Shown one piece after another: positions 10,820-23,065 of a stretch of DNA of 64,000 nt. The DNA comes from an uncultured Gemmatimonadaceae bacterium. GTDB taxonomy: Bacteria > Gemmatimonadota > Gemmatimonadetes > Gemmatimonadales > Gemmatimonadaceae. The notes under the pieces are model-generated. The model was not told the DNA's origin, did no database searches, and saw nothing but the letters and a program-made list of their open reading frames with translations. The translations under genes were made by a program, and so were the position numbers. The number at the start of each line of letters is the position of its first letter. The first letter of the stretch is position 1. The stretch spans positions 1,408,001-1,472,000 of the forward strand of contig CAWJMB010000002.1 of the NCBI GenBank assembly GCA_963843845.1. Direction: 5' to 3'.

Positions 10820-11608
10820 ATGAGACCCATCGAGCGGACAGTGCAGCGCATCACGACGACTCTGCTTTCCCTGTGGTGGCTCGTCCCGCTCGCGGCGACG
10901 CCGACCTCGCTCGCCGCGCAGCCCGCCGTCGTCGTCGGCCGCGTCGTCGACGCGACGGATCGCCCGATCGCGAGCGTGACCGTGCTGCTCGACGACAGCG
11001 AGCTCTCGACGCAGACCGACGACACAGGGCGCTTCGCATTCGTCGTCGATTTCGTCGATTCCGGCACGGTCACCGTCCGGAAGCTCGGCTACGCGCCGGC
11101 GACGACGAGCGTGCGGCTCCGCCGCGGCGACACGACGCGCGTCGTCGCGCAGCTCGCGAGCGCGACGCTCCTCGACACCGTGCGCGCGACGGTGGCCGCG
11201 GCGGTGCCGGCGCGCCTGGCGGGATTCGAAGCGCGACGCGCGCGCGGGCAGGGCGTGTTCCTGACGCGCGCCGAGTTCGAGCGCCGCCCGCACGCGTCGA
11301 CCGCGGACGTGCTACGCTGGTCGGGCGCGTTCGCGCTTCTGGACAGCGGCGGCGCGATCCTCCCGGTGTCGCGGCGCGGCACGAAGAACGACCGCACGCG
11401 CCGCACGTTCGACGCGCCGTGCGTCATGCGCGTCGCGATCGACGGAATCCCGATGCCCGACGGCTTCTCGCTCACCCAGCTGCCGTCGCCGCCGGACATC
11501 GCCGGCATCGAGATCTTTCGCGGCCCCGCGACGATGCCCGCGGAGTTCTCGGCGATGCGGAGCAGCGCGTTCTGCGGCATGGTCGCCGTCTGGACGCGCT
11601 CGCGGTGA
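10820..11608 (+). CDS. Exported carboxypeptidase-regulatory-like domain + TonB plug-like domain protein, no beta-barrel
   Basis: VVGRVVDATDRPIASVTV...TDDTGRF...VRKLGY; LDTVRA; FEARR..GVFLTRAEF; IAGIEIFRGPATMPAEF...CGMVAVWTR. Confidence 0.78.
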   Translation: MRPIERTVQRITTTLLSLWWLVPLAATPTSLAAQPAVVVGRVVDATDRPIASVTVLLDDSELSTQTDDTGRFAFVVDFVDSGTVTVRKLGYAPATTSVRLRRGDTTRVVAQLASATLLDTVRATVAAAVPARLAGFEARRARGQGVFLTRAEFERRPHASTADVLRWSGAFALLDSGGAILPVSRRGTKNDRTRRTFDAPCVMRVAIDGIPMPDGFSLTQLPSPPDIAGIEIFRGPATMPAEFSAMRSSAFCGMVAVWTRSR

Positions 11609-11620
11609 GCGGTCGCCCCG

Positions 11621-13396
11621 CTACGGACGCGGGCGTCGAACGAGCGCCGCCCGGTCGACCAGCTGCGGCAGCGATCCATGGACGTCGACCCGGGCGAGCA
11701 GCGGGTCGCGGATGACGAGCGACAGGGCGGGGCCGTGCGGCCTCGCCTGATCGGCCACCTGCACGCGCACGGCGACGCCGGCCGGCACGCCGCACACGCG
11801 GTACGCCCCGTCCGGCTCGAGCGGCGCGCGCCGTGTCTCCGGCACCGCCTGCAGGCGGTCGATCCCGGACCGCGCGTAGCGCGTCCAGCTCACGACGACC
11901 GCCGTCCCGGTCGGCAGCGCGGTCGCGCGTCCGTAGACCGCGCCGGTGTCCGCGCTCGGCGGGTGCGATGGACAGAGCAGCGTGAGCGCGGTCGCCACCG
12001 TCGGCAGCGCGACGTCGGCCGTCGTCGTGTCGTTCGCCGCGACGTCGATCGTACGCCGCGGCGTCGTGAGCGCGACGGCGGCCGGGTGCGAGAGCGTCAG
12101 CGTCTGCCGCCCGGCGAGCACCTGCGGAAGCTCGTAGCGGCCGTCGGCCGCGGCCGTGGCGCGATGATCGGTGCCCTCGATCGCCACGACCGCCCCGGCG
12201 AGCGGGAGAGCGGTCACGCTGTCGAACGCGACCCCGCGCACGGTGCCGCGGCCGACGCTCCACCTGCCGTCCGTGCCGCTGCGGACCACCAGCGCGCTCG
12301 GCGCTGGCGCCGCATCGACGACCTCGCCAACGACCTCGCGGATCGCGACGAGCCCGGGCTCGCGCCGCGTGACGACGCGCGAGCCGGTCACCGTTCCGCC
12401 CGATCCCGGCACGAGTGCGCTGCGCTCGATGAGCCCGACGACGGGGGCCCGCACGACCCAGCGTCGTACGATCCACCCGGCGCCGGCCAGCCTCTCGAAC
12501 TCGACCTGTCCGCCGAAGTCGGTCGGCCCGGGCCAGCGGGGAAGGCCCGTGTACGCGAAGTCGACGCGCCGCAGCGCTGCCGACGTCAGGTCGATCCAGA
12601 TGGTGCCGCTGACGTCGACCACACGGCGGTCGCGCGTCGGCTCGAAGCGGATGCCGACGAGCCCCGGCGCGGGTGGCCGTCGGAAGGTCACCTCGATGCA
12701 GTGCGTCGCCGCGAACGACGGCGCGGTGAGGACGTCGACCGTCGGCCCGTAGTACCACGTCGTGCCGCCGACCTCCTGCACGTAGCCATGGGTGGCGAGC
12801 GAGTCGGGCGATGGGTTGCCGTACGGCGCGGCGCTCGTGCCCGTTCGCTCGGCGCGCGTCTCGGAGCGCGTGGTGCGCGTCCGCGGATCGAGCTCGCGCT
12901 CCGTATCGCGCACCGTGACACGCGCGGCGCCGCTCTGCTGTGTGAGCGCCGTGGCGTCGAGCGCTTTGGTGACCTCTGCCCACAGCATCGCGGCGGCGGA
13001 GCCGTCGACCGGGTTCACGGTGCAGCGCGACCGCGACTCGGTGCGCAGCGCGCTCAGCGTCAGCGGCGCCGGCACGAGGCGCACGTCGTGCCGTACCGTC
13101 TCTCCGGCGGCGAGCGTCACCGCGCTCGGCGGTGCGGTGCGATAGCCGATCCGGCGGAGCTCGACGGCGTAGCTGCCGGGCGCCGCGCGGAGCGTGAACC
13201 GCCCCGCGCTGTCGGTGAGCGCCGTCGCGACCGCGCCGCCGCCCGCCGTCAAGGCCACCGTGGCGTCGATCAGCCCGCGACCGGTCGCGGAGTCGGTGAC
13301 GCTGCCGCGAACGAGCTGGGCGGCGACGGCGGCCGGCATCGCCGCCCCCCACAGTCCGGCGACGCCCACCGCTCGCTGCCTGGCACAAAGATGCAT
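11621..13396 (-). CDS. Exported protein with repeated carboxypeptidase-regulatory-like domains (start uncertain)
   Basis: VRGSVTDSATGRGL...TDSAGRF...YAVELRRIGY; second repeat VRGVAFDSVTALPLAGAVV...DGRYEL; third repeat ...DGAYRVCGVP. Confidence 0.75.
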   Translation of the reverse strand: MHLCARQRAVGVAGLWGAAMPAAVAAQLVRGSVTDSATGRGLIDATVALTAGGGAVATALTDSAGRFTLRAAPGSYAVELRRIGYRTAPPSAVTLAAGETVRHDVRLVPAPLTLSALRTESRSRCTVNPVDGSAAAMLWAEVTKALDATALTQQSGAARVTVRDTERELDPRTRTTRSETRAERTGTSAAPYGNPSPDSLATHGYVQEVGGTTWYYGPTVDVLTAPSFAATHCIEVTFRRPPAPGLVGIRFEPTRDRRVVDVSGTIWIDLTSAALRRVDFAYTGLPRWPGPTDFGGQVEFERLAGAGWIVRRWVVRAPVVGLIERSALVPGSGGTVTGSRVVTRREPGLVAIREVVGEVVDAAPAPSALVVRSGTDGRWSVGRGTVRGVAFDSVTALPLAGAVVAIEGTDHRATAAADGRYELPQVLAGRQTLTLSHPAAVALTTPRRTIDVAANDTTTADVALPTVATALTLLCPSHPPSADTGAVYGRATALPTGTAVVVSWTRYARSGIDRLQAVPETRRAPLEPDGAYRVCGVPAGVAVRVQVADQARPHGPALSLVIRDPLLARVDVHGSLPQLVDRAALVRRPRP

Positions 13397-13589
13397 GCGC
13401 CAATATTGCGTCCGCCTCGACTTCACGTGACCTTCGCCTCGCCCCGACGACGGCGCCGGTCACCCCCCGATTGTGACCGTCCGTCCGCTTTCGGGGTCAT
13501 TCCGGTTCTGTAGGCGAAGGCGCTTCATCCCCACCGCGACCGCACGGCATCCGCTTCCGTCCGTCGCGACACCCTGTTTGGGAGGTCCT

Positions 13590-16500
13590 GTGCAATTACG
13601 CGTGTTCGCTGTTCCCTTGGTGGCTGTCTGCGCGGCGACCGCCGTGCAGGCACAGGCGACCCGGACGGTAACGGGTACCGTGACGACCGCCGGTACGACG
13701 CAGCCGCTCGAAGGCATCACGATCTCTGCCGCCGGTACGACGTCGATCGCCCGCACCGACGTCCGCGGACAGTATCGCATCACGCTGCCGGCCACCGACG
13801 TCGTGCTGATCGCGCGCGGCATCGGGTACAAGCGCGTCACGCGCCCACTCCCCGCCGGGATGGCGACGGCGGACTTCGGTCTCGAGCGCGACGCGCTCCA
13901 GCTCGAACAGGTCGTCGTGACCGGTGCCGCGACCTCGCAGGAGCGCAAGAACGTCTCGACCGCGACCCAGGTCGTGTCGAGCGAGGAGGTCGCGCGCACG
14001 CCGTCGCTCTCGCTCAACAACGCGCTCCAGGGGCGCGTCGTCGGCGCGAGCATCAACATGAATTCGGGCGCGCCCGGCGGCGGCGGTCAGATCCAGATCC
14101 GCGGCGTCACGTCGATCCTCGGCAACGGCGAGCCGCTGTTCGTCGTCGACGGCGTCATCATCAGCAACGGGTCGTACTCGACCGGCATCAACGCGATCAC
14201 GCGCGCCGGCGGCGGCACGACGAACGTGCAGGACAACCCGGTCAACCGTCTGGCCGACATCAACCCGAACGACATCGAGAACATCCAGATTCTCAAGTCG
14301 GCGGCGGCCTCGGCGATCTACGGCTCCAAGGCGACCAACGGCGTCGTGCTCATCACGACGAAGCGCGGTTCGGCAGGCGCCGTCCAGACGAGCCTCACCC
14401 AGCGCCTCGGCACGAACCAGTCCTACCGTCTGCTCGGCTCGCGCCGCTTCACGCCGGCGACCGCGCTCGACGCGATCGGCAACCAGGCGCTCGTCAACCA
14501 GCTCTGCACGGGCGGCACCTGCCCGTACTACGACTATCAGGACGACCTCTACGGCGCGAACGGGCTGTCGTACGAGACGACCGGGAACGTCAGCGGCGGC
14601 ATCGGTCAGGGCACGCGCTTCTTCACGTCCGGCACGATCAAGGACAACAAGGGCACGCAGCTCAACACGGGCGCCCGGCAGCAGAGCATCCGCGTGAACG
14701 TCGACCAGACGATCCGCACGCGCTTCAACGCGTCCGTCTCGGCGAACATCATCCGCAACAAGGTTGCGAACGGCGTCTCGAACAACGACAACACGTTCCT
14801 CAGCCCGATGTACGCCTTCGGCTACACGCCGGCGATCATCAATCTGAACAACCCGACGAACGGCATCTATCCGATCAACACGGTCCTGCAGACGACCGCC
14901 GGACAGCCGACGAACCCGTTCGAGACGCTCCGCTACGTGTCGAACGTCGAGGACACGTGGCGCCAGATCGGCAGCGGCACGCTCCGCTTCAACGCCGTCA
15001 CGACCGACCGGCAGACGCTCGTGTTGCAGGCGAACGGAGGCTTCGACCGCTTCGACGCGTCCGGCAACGTGTACTCGCCGAACTTCCTGCAGTACGAGGC
15101 GGCCGACGGCCTCCCGGGCACGACCGTGCAGGCCGAGGCGCTGAGCCGGTTCGTGAACGGCAACCTGAGCGCGGTGCACACCTACACGCCGTCGTCGAGC
15201 GGCGTCCTCGGCTTTCTGACGTCGCTCACGACGTCGGCCGGCGCCCAGCGGGAGGAGACGAACCTGAACCGGTACTCGGTGCAGGCCGCCAATCTGATCC
15301 CGGGCATCACGAACTTCGATCAGGGCGTCGTCACGCCGACGCAGACGAAGCAGGCCGTGCGCGACCAGGCCTTCTTCCTCAACGAGGACATCCTCGCGTT
15401 CAACGAGCGTCTGTCCGTCTCCGGCCGTGTCCGGGCCGAGCGCTCGAGCGCGAACGGTGACCGCGAGAAGTTCTTCTACTGGCCGACCGCCTCGGCGTCG
15501 TACCGGTTCGTGAACCTCCTGCCCGGCACCGACGAGATCAAGGTCCGCGCTGCCTACGGCCGCACCGGGAACCGCCCGAACTACGGCAATCGCGACGTCA
15601 CGATCGCCGGCCTCGGCCTCATCAGCGGGCGCAACGCGCTCGGCGTGCCGGGATCGATCGGCAACGTGGGGATCGAGCCGGAGAAGATGACCGAGCAGGA
15701 GTACGGCGCGGACATCCAGTTCCTCGGCGGCCGCGTCGGCTTCGAGGGGAGCTACTACGATCGGACGATCCGTGACCTGCTCCTCACGAACCCGCTCGCG
15801 CCGACGTCGGGCTTCGGCAACCAGATCATCAACGGCGGTGAGCTCAAGTCGACGGGTGTCGAGCTCGCGCTGAACGCGCTGCCGTTCCGCACCCGGAACG
15901 CGACGTGGAACTCGCGCATCCAGTTCTACACGAACAAGTCCGAGGTCGTCTCGCTGCCGGTGACGGTCGCCGACTTCGCCGTCGCGAACTCGGGCTTCGG
16001 CGCCCAGTACGGCCGCGCCCGCATCGCCCGTGGCTACGAGTCGACGCTGATCTGGGGCAACCGTACGCGCCCGGACTCGACGGTCGTCGACACGGTCATC
16101 GCGAACTCGAACCCGGACTTCCAGATGCAGTTCGGGAACGACATCTCGTTCAAGTCGCTGACGCTCAACGTCCTCGTCGACTGGCGCAAGGGCGGGTACG
16201 TCTCGAACATGACGCAGAACCTGTTCGACGAAGGGAGCAACAGCTACGACTACGACGAGCCGTCGCCGAAGGCGGGTGTGCCGCTCGGCCAGTATCGCTA
16301 CTCGCAGTGGAACGCGGGGCGGAACGCGAGTGTCTACATCCAGGACGGGTCGTTCGTGAAGGTGCGTGAGGTCACGCTCGGCTACCAGCTGCCGCTCGGG
16401 CTGTCGCGGCGCTTCGGCGCGACCGAAGGCGCGCGCCTGTCGCTCAGCGGCCGCAACCTCTTCACGTTCAGCGACTACTGGAGCCCGGATCCCGAGGTCA

Positions 16501-16595
16501 ACAACTTCGGCAACAACACGGTCGCGCGCTTCGTCGACCTCGCCCCCTACCCCCCGACGCGTCAGTTCTTCTTCAGCGTCGACGTGAGGTTCTGA
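13590..16595 (+). CDS. SusC/RagA-family TonB-dependent outer membrane transporter
   Basis: GGAGG RBS at 13581 before [64 protein letters not shown]-terminal ...VDVRF. Confidence 0.95.
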   Translation: MQLRVFAVPLVAVCAATAVQAQATRTVTGTVTTAGTTQPLEGITISAAGTTSIARTDVRGQYRITLPATDVVLIARGIGYKRVTRPLPAGMATADFGLERDALQLEQVVVTGAATSQERKNVSTATQVVSSEEVARTPSLSLNNALQGRVVGASINMNSGAPGGGGQIQIRGVTSILGNGEPLFVVDGVIISNGSYSTGINAITRAGGGTTNVQDNPVNRLADINPNDIENIQILKSAAASAIYGSKATNGVVLITTKRGSAGAVQTSLTQRLGTNQSYRLLGSRRFTPATALDAIGNQALVNQLCTGGTCPYYDYQDDLYGANGLSYETTGNVSGGIGQGTRFFTSGTIKDNKGTQLNTGARQQSIRVNVDQTIRTRFNASVSANIIRNKVANGVSNNDNTFLSPMYAFGYTPAIINLNNPTNGIYPINTVLQTTAGQPTNPFETLRYVSNVEDTWRQIGSGTLRFNAVTTDRQTLVLQANGGFDRFDASGNVYSPNFLQYEAADGLPGTTVQAEALSRFVNGNLSAVHTYTPSSSGVLGFLTSLTTSAGAQREETNLNRYSVQAANLIPGITNFDQGVVTPTQTKQAVRDQAFFLNEDILAFNERLSVSGRVRAERSSANGDREKFFYWPTASASYRFVNLLPGTDEIKVRAAYGRTGNRPNYGNRDVTIAGLGLISGRNALGVPGSIGNVGIEPEKMTEQEYGADIQFLGGRVGFEGSYYDRTIRDLLLTNPLAPTSGFGNQIINGGELKSTGVELALNALPFRTRNATWNSRIQFYTNKSEVVSLPVTVADFAVANSGFGAQYGRARIARGYESTLIWGNRTRPDSTVVDTVIANSNPDFQMQFGNDISFKSLTLNVLVDWRKGGYVSNMTQNLFDEGSNSYDYDEPSPKAGVPLGQYRYSQWNAGRNASVYIQDGSFVKVREVTLGYQLPLGLSRRFGATEGARLSLSGRNLFTFSDYWSPDPEVNNFGNNTVARFVDLAPYPPTRQFFFSVDVRF

Positions 16596-16598
16596 GCG

Positions 16599-18059
16599 AT
16601 GCCCACGCGAACCGACCTTCCTTCTCTGCTCACGATGCGAACTGTTCTCACCCGCGGCGCGGTGGCCGTCGCCGCGGCGGCCGGCCTCGCCGGCTGCTCG
16701 GCCGACCGGCTCGTCGTGCCGAACTTCAACAGCCCGACGCCCGAATCCGTCACCGGGGACGTGGCCGCCGCAGTGCCGCTCCTCGCCTCGGGCGTGCTGC
16801 GTAACGACCGCGATCAGGCGACGGGCTACGTCCTCGGCGTCGGCATCCTCGGACGCGAGGCGTACAACTACACGCCGACCGAAGGGCGCAACACCACCGG
16901 CTGGCTGACGTCCGACGTCAACAACGGCACCAGCTTCGGTGGCGGCTCGCTCTGGGGCGGCTTCTACACGGAGCTGCGCAACGTCTCCAACCTCATCGCT
17001 GCGGCGGAGGCGGCGCCGGACGCCGTCTACTCGGCGGCGCAGAAGAACGCGGTGCGCGGGTTCGGGCACACGATGGAGGCGCTCGCGCTGTCCTACATCA
17101 TCTCGACCCGCCACAACATCGGCGCTCCGGTCATGGTCGATCCCGACCCGGCCATCGCGTCGCCGTTCGTCTCGCGCGACTCGGTCTACAGCTACATCGT
17201 CGGCCGGCTCGACCAGGCCAAGACCGAGCTGGCGGGTGCCGGCACGTCGTTCCCGTTCACGCTCCACGAAGGGTTCGCGGGCTTCACGACACCGGCCAAC
17301 TTCCTGAAGTTCAACCGCGCGATCGCGGCCCGCGTCAACGCCTACCGTGCCTCGCTCGGCACGTCCGGCTGCGGCGCGGCACTCAGCGCGGGGTGCTACA
17401 ACACGGTGCTGCAGAACCTCGCCGAGTCGTTCATCGACACGACGGGATCGCTGACGGCCGGCCCGTTCCGCCCGTACTCGTCGACGACCAACGACGTCGC
17501 GAACGGCATCAGCAACGCGGCGAGCGCGAACGTCGTGCTCCACGCGAAGAGCGACAGCGGCATCCCGACGAAGGCGGACGGAACCCGCGACAATCGCTAT
17601 ACGGCCAAGGTGCTGACGATCGCCCGTAAGGCGGCGCCGAACGCGACGATCGGCGTCGGGACGACGTTCGACTACGCCTCGTACGCCGACCGCGCATCGC
17701 CGGTGCCGATCATCCGGAACGAGGAGCTCATCCTCCTCCGCGCCGAGGCCCGCTACTTCACGGGCAACACGGCGGGTGCGCTGAGCGATCTGAACACGAT
17801 CCGCACGCGGTCGGGCGGCCTCGCTCCGCTCGCCGCGATCCCGTCGACGCAGTCCACGTTCCTCGACGAGCTGCTCACGAACCGCCGTCTCTCGCTGCTG
17901 TTCGAGGGACACCGGTGGGTCGACATGCGCCGCTTCGGCCGACTGAACCAGCTGACGATCGACCTGCCCAACCACATCGTCGCCACGCAGCTCCCGGTGC
18001 CGCAGGCCGAATGCCTCGTCCGCGCGGTCAGCCCGAACAAGGCGCCTGGCTGCACCTGA
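16599..18059 (+). CDS. SusD/RagB-family nutrient-binding lipoprotein
   Basis: Lipobox LAGC; IIRNEELILLRAEA, LNTIRTRSG, RRLSLLFEGHRWVDMRRFG; directly downstream of the SusC gene. Confidence 0.93.
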   Translation: MPTRTDLPSLLTMRTVLTRGAVAVAAAAGLAGCSADRLVVPNFNSPTPESVTGDVAAAVPLLASGVLRNDRDQATGYVLGVGILGREAYNYTPTEGRNTTGWLTSDVNNGTSFGGGSLWGGFYTELRNVSNLIAAAEAAPDAVYSAAQKNAVRGFGHTMEALALSYIISTRHNIGAPVMVDPDPAIASPFVSRDSVYSYIVGRLDQAKTELAGAGTSFPFTLHEGFAGFTTPANFLKFNRAIAARVNAYRASLGTSGCGAALSAGCYNTVLQNLAESFIDTTGSLTAGPFRPYSSTTNDVANGISNAASANVVLHAKSDSGIPTKADGTRDNRYTAKVLTIARKAAPNATIGVGTTFDYASYADRASPVPIIRNEELILLRAEARYFTGNTAGALSDLNTIRTRSGGLAPLAAIPSTQSTFLDELLTNRRLSLLFEGHRWVDMRRFGRLNQLTIDLPNHIVATQLPVPQAECLVRAVSPNKAPGCT

Positions 18060-18084
18060 TCGCGGTCGCAGTGTCCTGAAACGG

Positions 18085-18130
18085 ATCGCGGCGGTCTGGA
18101 GAGCATCCCAGACCGCCGCGATTCGTTTTT
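18085..18130. terminator. Intrinsic terminator between convergent susD and pdhC
   Basis: 15-bp stem ATCGCGGCGGTCTGG / CCAGACCGCCGCGAT followed by TCGTTTTT. Confidence 0.85.
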
Positions 18131-18143
18131 CAGCTCGTGTCGG

Positions 18144-19585
18144 TCACAGCATCGAGAGCGGGCTCTCGATCAACCTGCGCAGCGTCTGCAGGAACCTGGC
18201 GCCGAGCGCGCCGTCGATGACGCGGTGGTCGCAGCTCAGCGTGACGCGCATGCGCTTGCGCACCTGGATCTCGCCGTCCACGACGACCGGCTTGTCCTCG
18301 ACCGCTCCGACGGCGAGGATCCCGGCCTCCGGCGGATTGATGATCGCCGTGAACTGGTCGATCCCGAACATGCCGAGGTTCGAGACGGAGAACGTCGAGC
18401 CGGTGTACTCGTCGGGCTTGAGCTTCCGCTCGCGCGCGCGTGCGGCCAGCGACTTGACCTCGCTCGAGATCTGGCTGATGCGCTTCCTGTCGGCGTCGAA
18501 GATGACCGGCGTGATGAGTCCATCCTCGATCGCGACGGCGACGCCGAGGTGGACGCGTCCGTGCAGGCGGATGCGGTCGCCCATCCATGCCGCGTTGACC
18601 TCGGGGTGCATCGAGAGGGCGACGGCGGTCGCCTTGAGCACGATGTCGTTGAACGACACCTTGTACTCGTCGCCCATCGCCGCGAGCTGCTGCCGGAGCT
18701 CGGCGGCCTTGCTCATGTCGAACTCGGCCGTGAGGTAGAACGTGGGCACGGGGCCGATCGACTCGCTCAGGCGGCGCGCGATGGTCTTGCGGATCTGCGT
18801 GAGCGGGACGTCGCGGAAATCGCTCGAGAGGGCCGCCGCAGACGCCATCGTCGGAGCGTCGGCGCCCTGCGGCGCTGCTGGCTGCGCCTCGGCGGCCTGC
18901 GGCTCGGCCGTCGCGGGCCGGGCGGACGGCGAGCCGGGCTGCGCACGGGGACCGCTCGCAACGGCTTCGACATCGCGGCGGATGATCCGGCCGCCAGGAC
19001 CGGAGCCACGCATCTGCTGCAGCTCCACGCCGGCTTCCGCGGCCATGCGACGCGCGAGCGGCGACGATAGCACCCGCCCTCCGGTGTCGGCGGCGTGTGG
19101 CGCCTGCTCGGAAGGGAGCTCATCGTCGCTCGGCACGGACGAGTCTCCACCGGGGCGCGGGCTTCACACCCTCCGGCGAGGGCTGCACGGCTCCCTGAGC
19201 GTCCGCGGGCGCTGCGGCGGCTGCGGCTGGCGCCGACGCGTCTGCCTGCGTGTCTGTCGCTGCCGGCGCCGCTGCCGGCGCCGCTGCCGGGCGCCGCTGC
19301 CGGCGCCCGCCGCCAGCGCCACCGACGAGCGCATCGATGTTCTCGTCGGCGGCCGCGATGACCGCGATCAACTGCCCGACCGGCGTCGAGTCGCCTTCGT
19401 TCACGAGCCGCTTCGCGCAGCACGCCGTCGCCGCGCGCGACGAGCTCCATGATGGCCTTGTCGGTCTCGACCTCGGCGAGCGTGTCGCCGCTCTTGATCG
19501 CGTCGCCCTCGTTCTTGAGCCACTTCACGAGGCGCCCTTCCTCCATCGTCGGGGAGAGCGCCTCCATCATCACTTTGGTCGCCAT
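18144..19585 (-). CDS. pdhC: Pyruvate dehydrogenase E2 dihydrolipoamide acetyltransferase (frameshifted around 19120-19420)
   Basis: Lipoyl domain LSPTMEEG...[38 protein letters not shown]; split across three frames. Confidence 0.92.
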
Positions 19586-19609
19586 GAGCTGCGTCGCCGA
19601 GGGGAAGGG

Positions 19610-20595
19610 TCAGGTCGCCTGATAGAGGACTTTCTTCACGGCTGCGATCGTCTTCGCCGCGTCGGGCTTCGCCGCCTTCTCGAGGCTCTTCGCGTAGGGC
19701 ATCGGCACGTCGGCCTGGTGCACGCGGAGCACCGGCGCGTCGAGGTAGTCGAAGCACTCGCGCTGCACGTAATCGACCACCTGCGCGCCGACGCCGGCGA
19801 GCTCCCACCCTTCCTCGAGCACCACGCAGCGATTGGTCTTCCGCACGCTGGCGTAGATCGCCTCGGTGTCCATCGGGCGGATCGTGCGCAGGTCGAGCAC
19901 GTCGGCGCGGATCCCTTCCTTCGCGAGCTGGTCGGCGACGGTCAGCGCGACGAGGATCATCTTGCCGTGCGTGACGATCGTGACGTGGTCCCCTTCGCGC
20001 TTGAGCTCGGCCTTGCCGAACGGGATGACGTACTCCTCCTCGGGCACCTCGCCCTTCGTGGTTGTAGAGCATCTCGCCCTTCGAGGAAGCACACCGGGTT
20101 GTCGTCGCGGATCGCCGCCTTGAGCAGGCCCTTCGCGTCGTACGGCGTGCCGGGCGCGACGACCTTGAGGCCCGGGATGTGCGCGAGCCAGCTCTCCCAC
20201 GCCTGCGAGTGCTGCGCCGACAGCTGCAGCGCCGCGCCGTTCGGCCCGCGGAACACGATCGGGACGTTGTACTGGCCGCCCGACATGTAGAGCATCTTCG
20301 CGGCGGCGTTCACGACCTGGTCGAGCGCGAGCAGCGCGAAGTTCCACGTCATGAACTCGATGATCGGACGGAGCCCGACCATCGCCGCGCCGACGCCGAC
20401 GCCGGCGAAGCCGAGCTCCGTGATCGGCGTGTCGACGACGCGCATCTCGCCGAACTCCTGGAGGAGCCCCTTCGAGACCTTGTAGGCGCCCTGGTAGACG
20501 CCGACTTCCTCGCCCATGAGGAAGACGCGGTCGTCGCGCTGCATCTCTTCGCTCAGCGCCTGGTTCAGCGCGTCGCGGTAGGTGATGACTGGCAT
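19610..20595 (-). CDS. pdhB: Pyruvate dehydrogenase E1 beta subunit (frameshifted near 20060-20080)
   Basis: [31 protein letters not shown]-terminus DLRTIRPMD...PMPYAKSLE in another frame. Confidence 0.93.
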
Positions 20596-20613
20596 CGCTC
20601 GGTATCCCGGGGC

Positions 20614-21625
<1,012 letters not shown>

Positions 21626-21665
21626 GGGGAGATCCGGGGGTCGGGGCTACCGGGGATCGGACTGT

Positions 21666-22583
21666 CTAGACGGTCGCGGCCTGCGCGGCCTGCACCTGTT
21701 CCCAGGCGTGATAGCTCGAGCGCACGAGCGGCGCGCTCTCGACGTGCTTGAAGCCCATCGCGAGCCCGGCGTCGCGGAACGCGCGGAACTCGTCGGGCGT
21801 GACGTAGCGGTCGAGCGCGACGTGCGAGTCGGACGGACGGAGGTACTGGCCGAGCGTCAGGATGTCGACGTCGACGGCGCGGAGGTCGTGCATGACCGCC
21901 AGCACTTCCTCGTTCGTCTCGCTCATGCCGAGGATCAGGCCCGTCTTCGTGGGGATGTGCGGCGCGATCCGCTTGGACGTGCGGAAGATCTCCATCACGC
22001 GCGCGTAGCGGCCGCCCGGGCGACACTTCTTGTACAGGCGCGGAACGGTCTCGGTGTTGTGATTGTAGATGTCGGGCTCCGCGTCGAGCACGGCCCGGAT
22101 CGACTCCTCGTTCCCCTGGAAGTCGGGCACGAGCACTTCGACCGACGTCTCCGGCATCCGGCGCTTGATCTGTCGGATCGTTTCGGCGAACGCCCAGGCA
22201 CCGAAGTCGGGGAGGTCGTCGCGATCGACCGAGGTCAGCACGACGTGGCGCAGCCCCATCTCGGCGCACGCTTCGGCGACGCGCTCGGGCTCGGCCGGGT
22301 CGAACCTCGGCGGCCGGCCGTGCGCGACAGCGCAGTACGCACAGTTCCGCGTGCACACGTCGCCGAGGATCATGAAGGTGGCAGTGCCGTGCTCCCAACA
22401 CTCGCCGACGTTCGGGCAGCGCGCCTCCTCGCAGACCGTGTGCAGGTCGAGGTCGCGCATCAGTTGCTTCAGGCGGAGGTAGTTCGGGCCGCCCGGCGCT
22501 TTCACCTTCAGCCACGACGGCTTGCGCTCGGGGAGCGGGGCCGCGCGGTGGCGTCCCATGATCTGGTAGAACGTGTCGGCCAT
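21666..22583 (-). CDS. lipA: Lipoyl synthase
   Basis: CEEARCPNVGEC, CTRNCAYC, RSSYHA. Confidence 0.97.
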   Translation of the reverse strand: MADTFYQIMGRHRAAPLPERKPSWLKVKAPGGPNYLRLKQLMRDLDLHTVCEEARCPNVGECWEHGTATFMILGDVCTRNCAYCAVAHGRPPRFDPAEPERVAEACAEMGLRHVVLTSVDRDDLPDFGAWAFAETIRQIKRRMPETSVEVLVPDFQGNEESIRAVLDAEPDIYNHNTETVPRLYKKCRPGGRYARVMEIFRTSKRIAPHIPTKTGLILGMSETNEEVLAVMHDLRAVDVDILTLGQYLRPSDSHVALDRYVTPDEFRAFRDAGLAMGFKHVESAPLVRSSYHAWEQVQAAQAATV

Positions 22584-22762
22584 CTCGATCCGCGGTACGA
22601 GTGCGCTGCCTCTCGCGGCGGAATCTAGGAACAGAAAGCGTCGACCGGTAGCGAACCGTAACCCTCTACGGAGACTTTGAACGGTAGCAGCGTGGCGGAT
22701 GGCAGTTGAAACCGCCCTGTCGTCGGTCTCGTACGCGATGGCAGCCCCGATCGAGAGATTCC

Positions 22763-22987
22763 ATGCTGCGTACTGTCTTCACCATCGGCCTCTTCGCCGT
22801 CCTCGGCCTGCTCGCGCTGAAGCTGGTCTTCGGCATCTTCGGGCCGATCCTCGCTCTGTTCATCTTCCTACTCGTGCTCGCCGCGAAGATCGCCTTCTTC
22901 GGCGTGCTGATCTATCTCGTCATCCGCGTCCTCAGCCCGAACACCGCACAGAAGATTCGCGACCGCTGGTCGGGACGCTCCTTCTGA
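22763..22987 (+). CDS. Small membrane protein of unknown function
   Basis: 74-aa hydrophobic ORF with host-like codon usage, followed by a strong hairpin. Confidence 0.7.
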   Translation: MLRTVFTIGLFAVLGLLALKLVFGIFGPILALFIFLLVLAAKIAFFGVLIYLVIRVLSPNTAQKIRDRWSGRSF

Positions 22988-23008
22988 CCGCGCTCGGGCG
23001 CTGACGCC

Positions 23009-23045
23009 GAAGGGGGAGGAGACCATCATCGTCTCCTCCCCCTTC
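23009..23045. terminator. Stem-loop between convergent genes
   Basis: 15-bp stem GAAGGGGGAGGAGAC / GTCTCCTCCCCCTTC. Confidence 0.75.
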
Positions 23046-23065
23046 TCGCGTTCGGTACCCGACGC

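Noticed and set aside
19200..19320. GCCGCTGCCGGC tandem repeats
   Set aside because: They encode the ordinary Ala/Pro-rich E2 linker.
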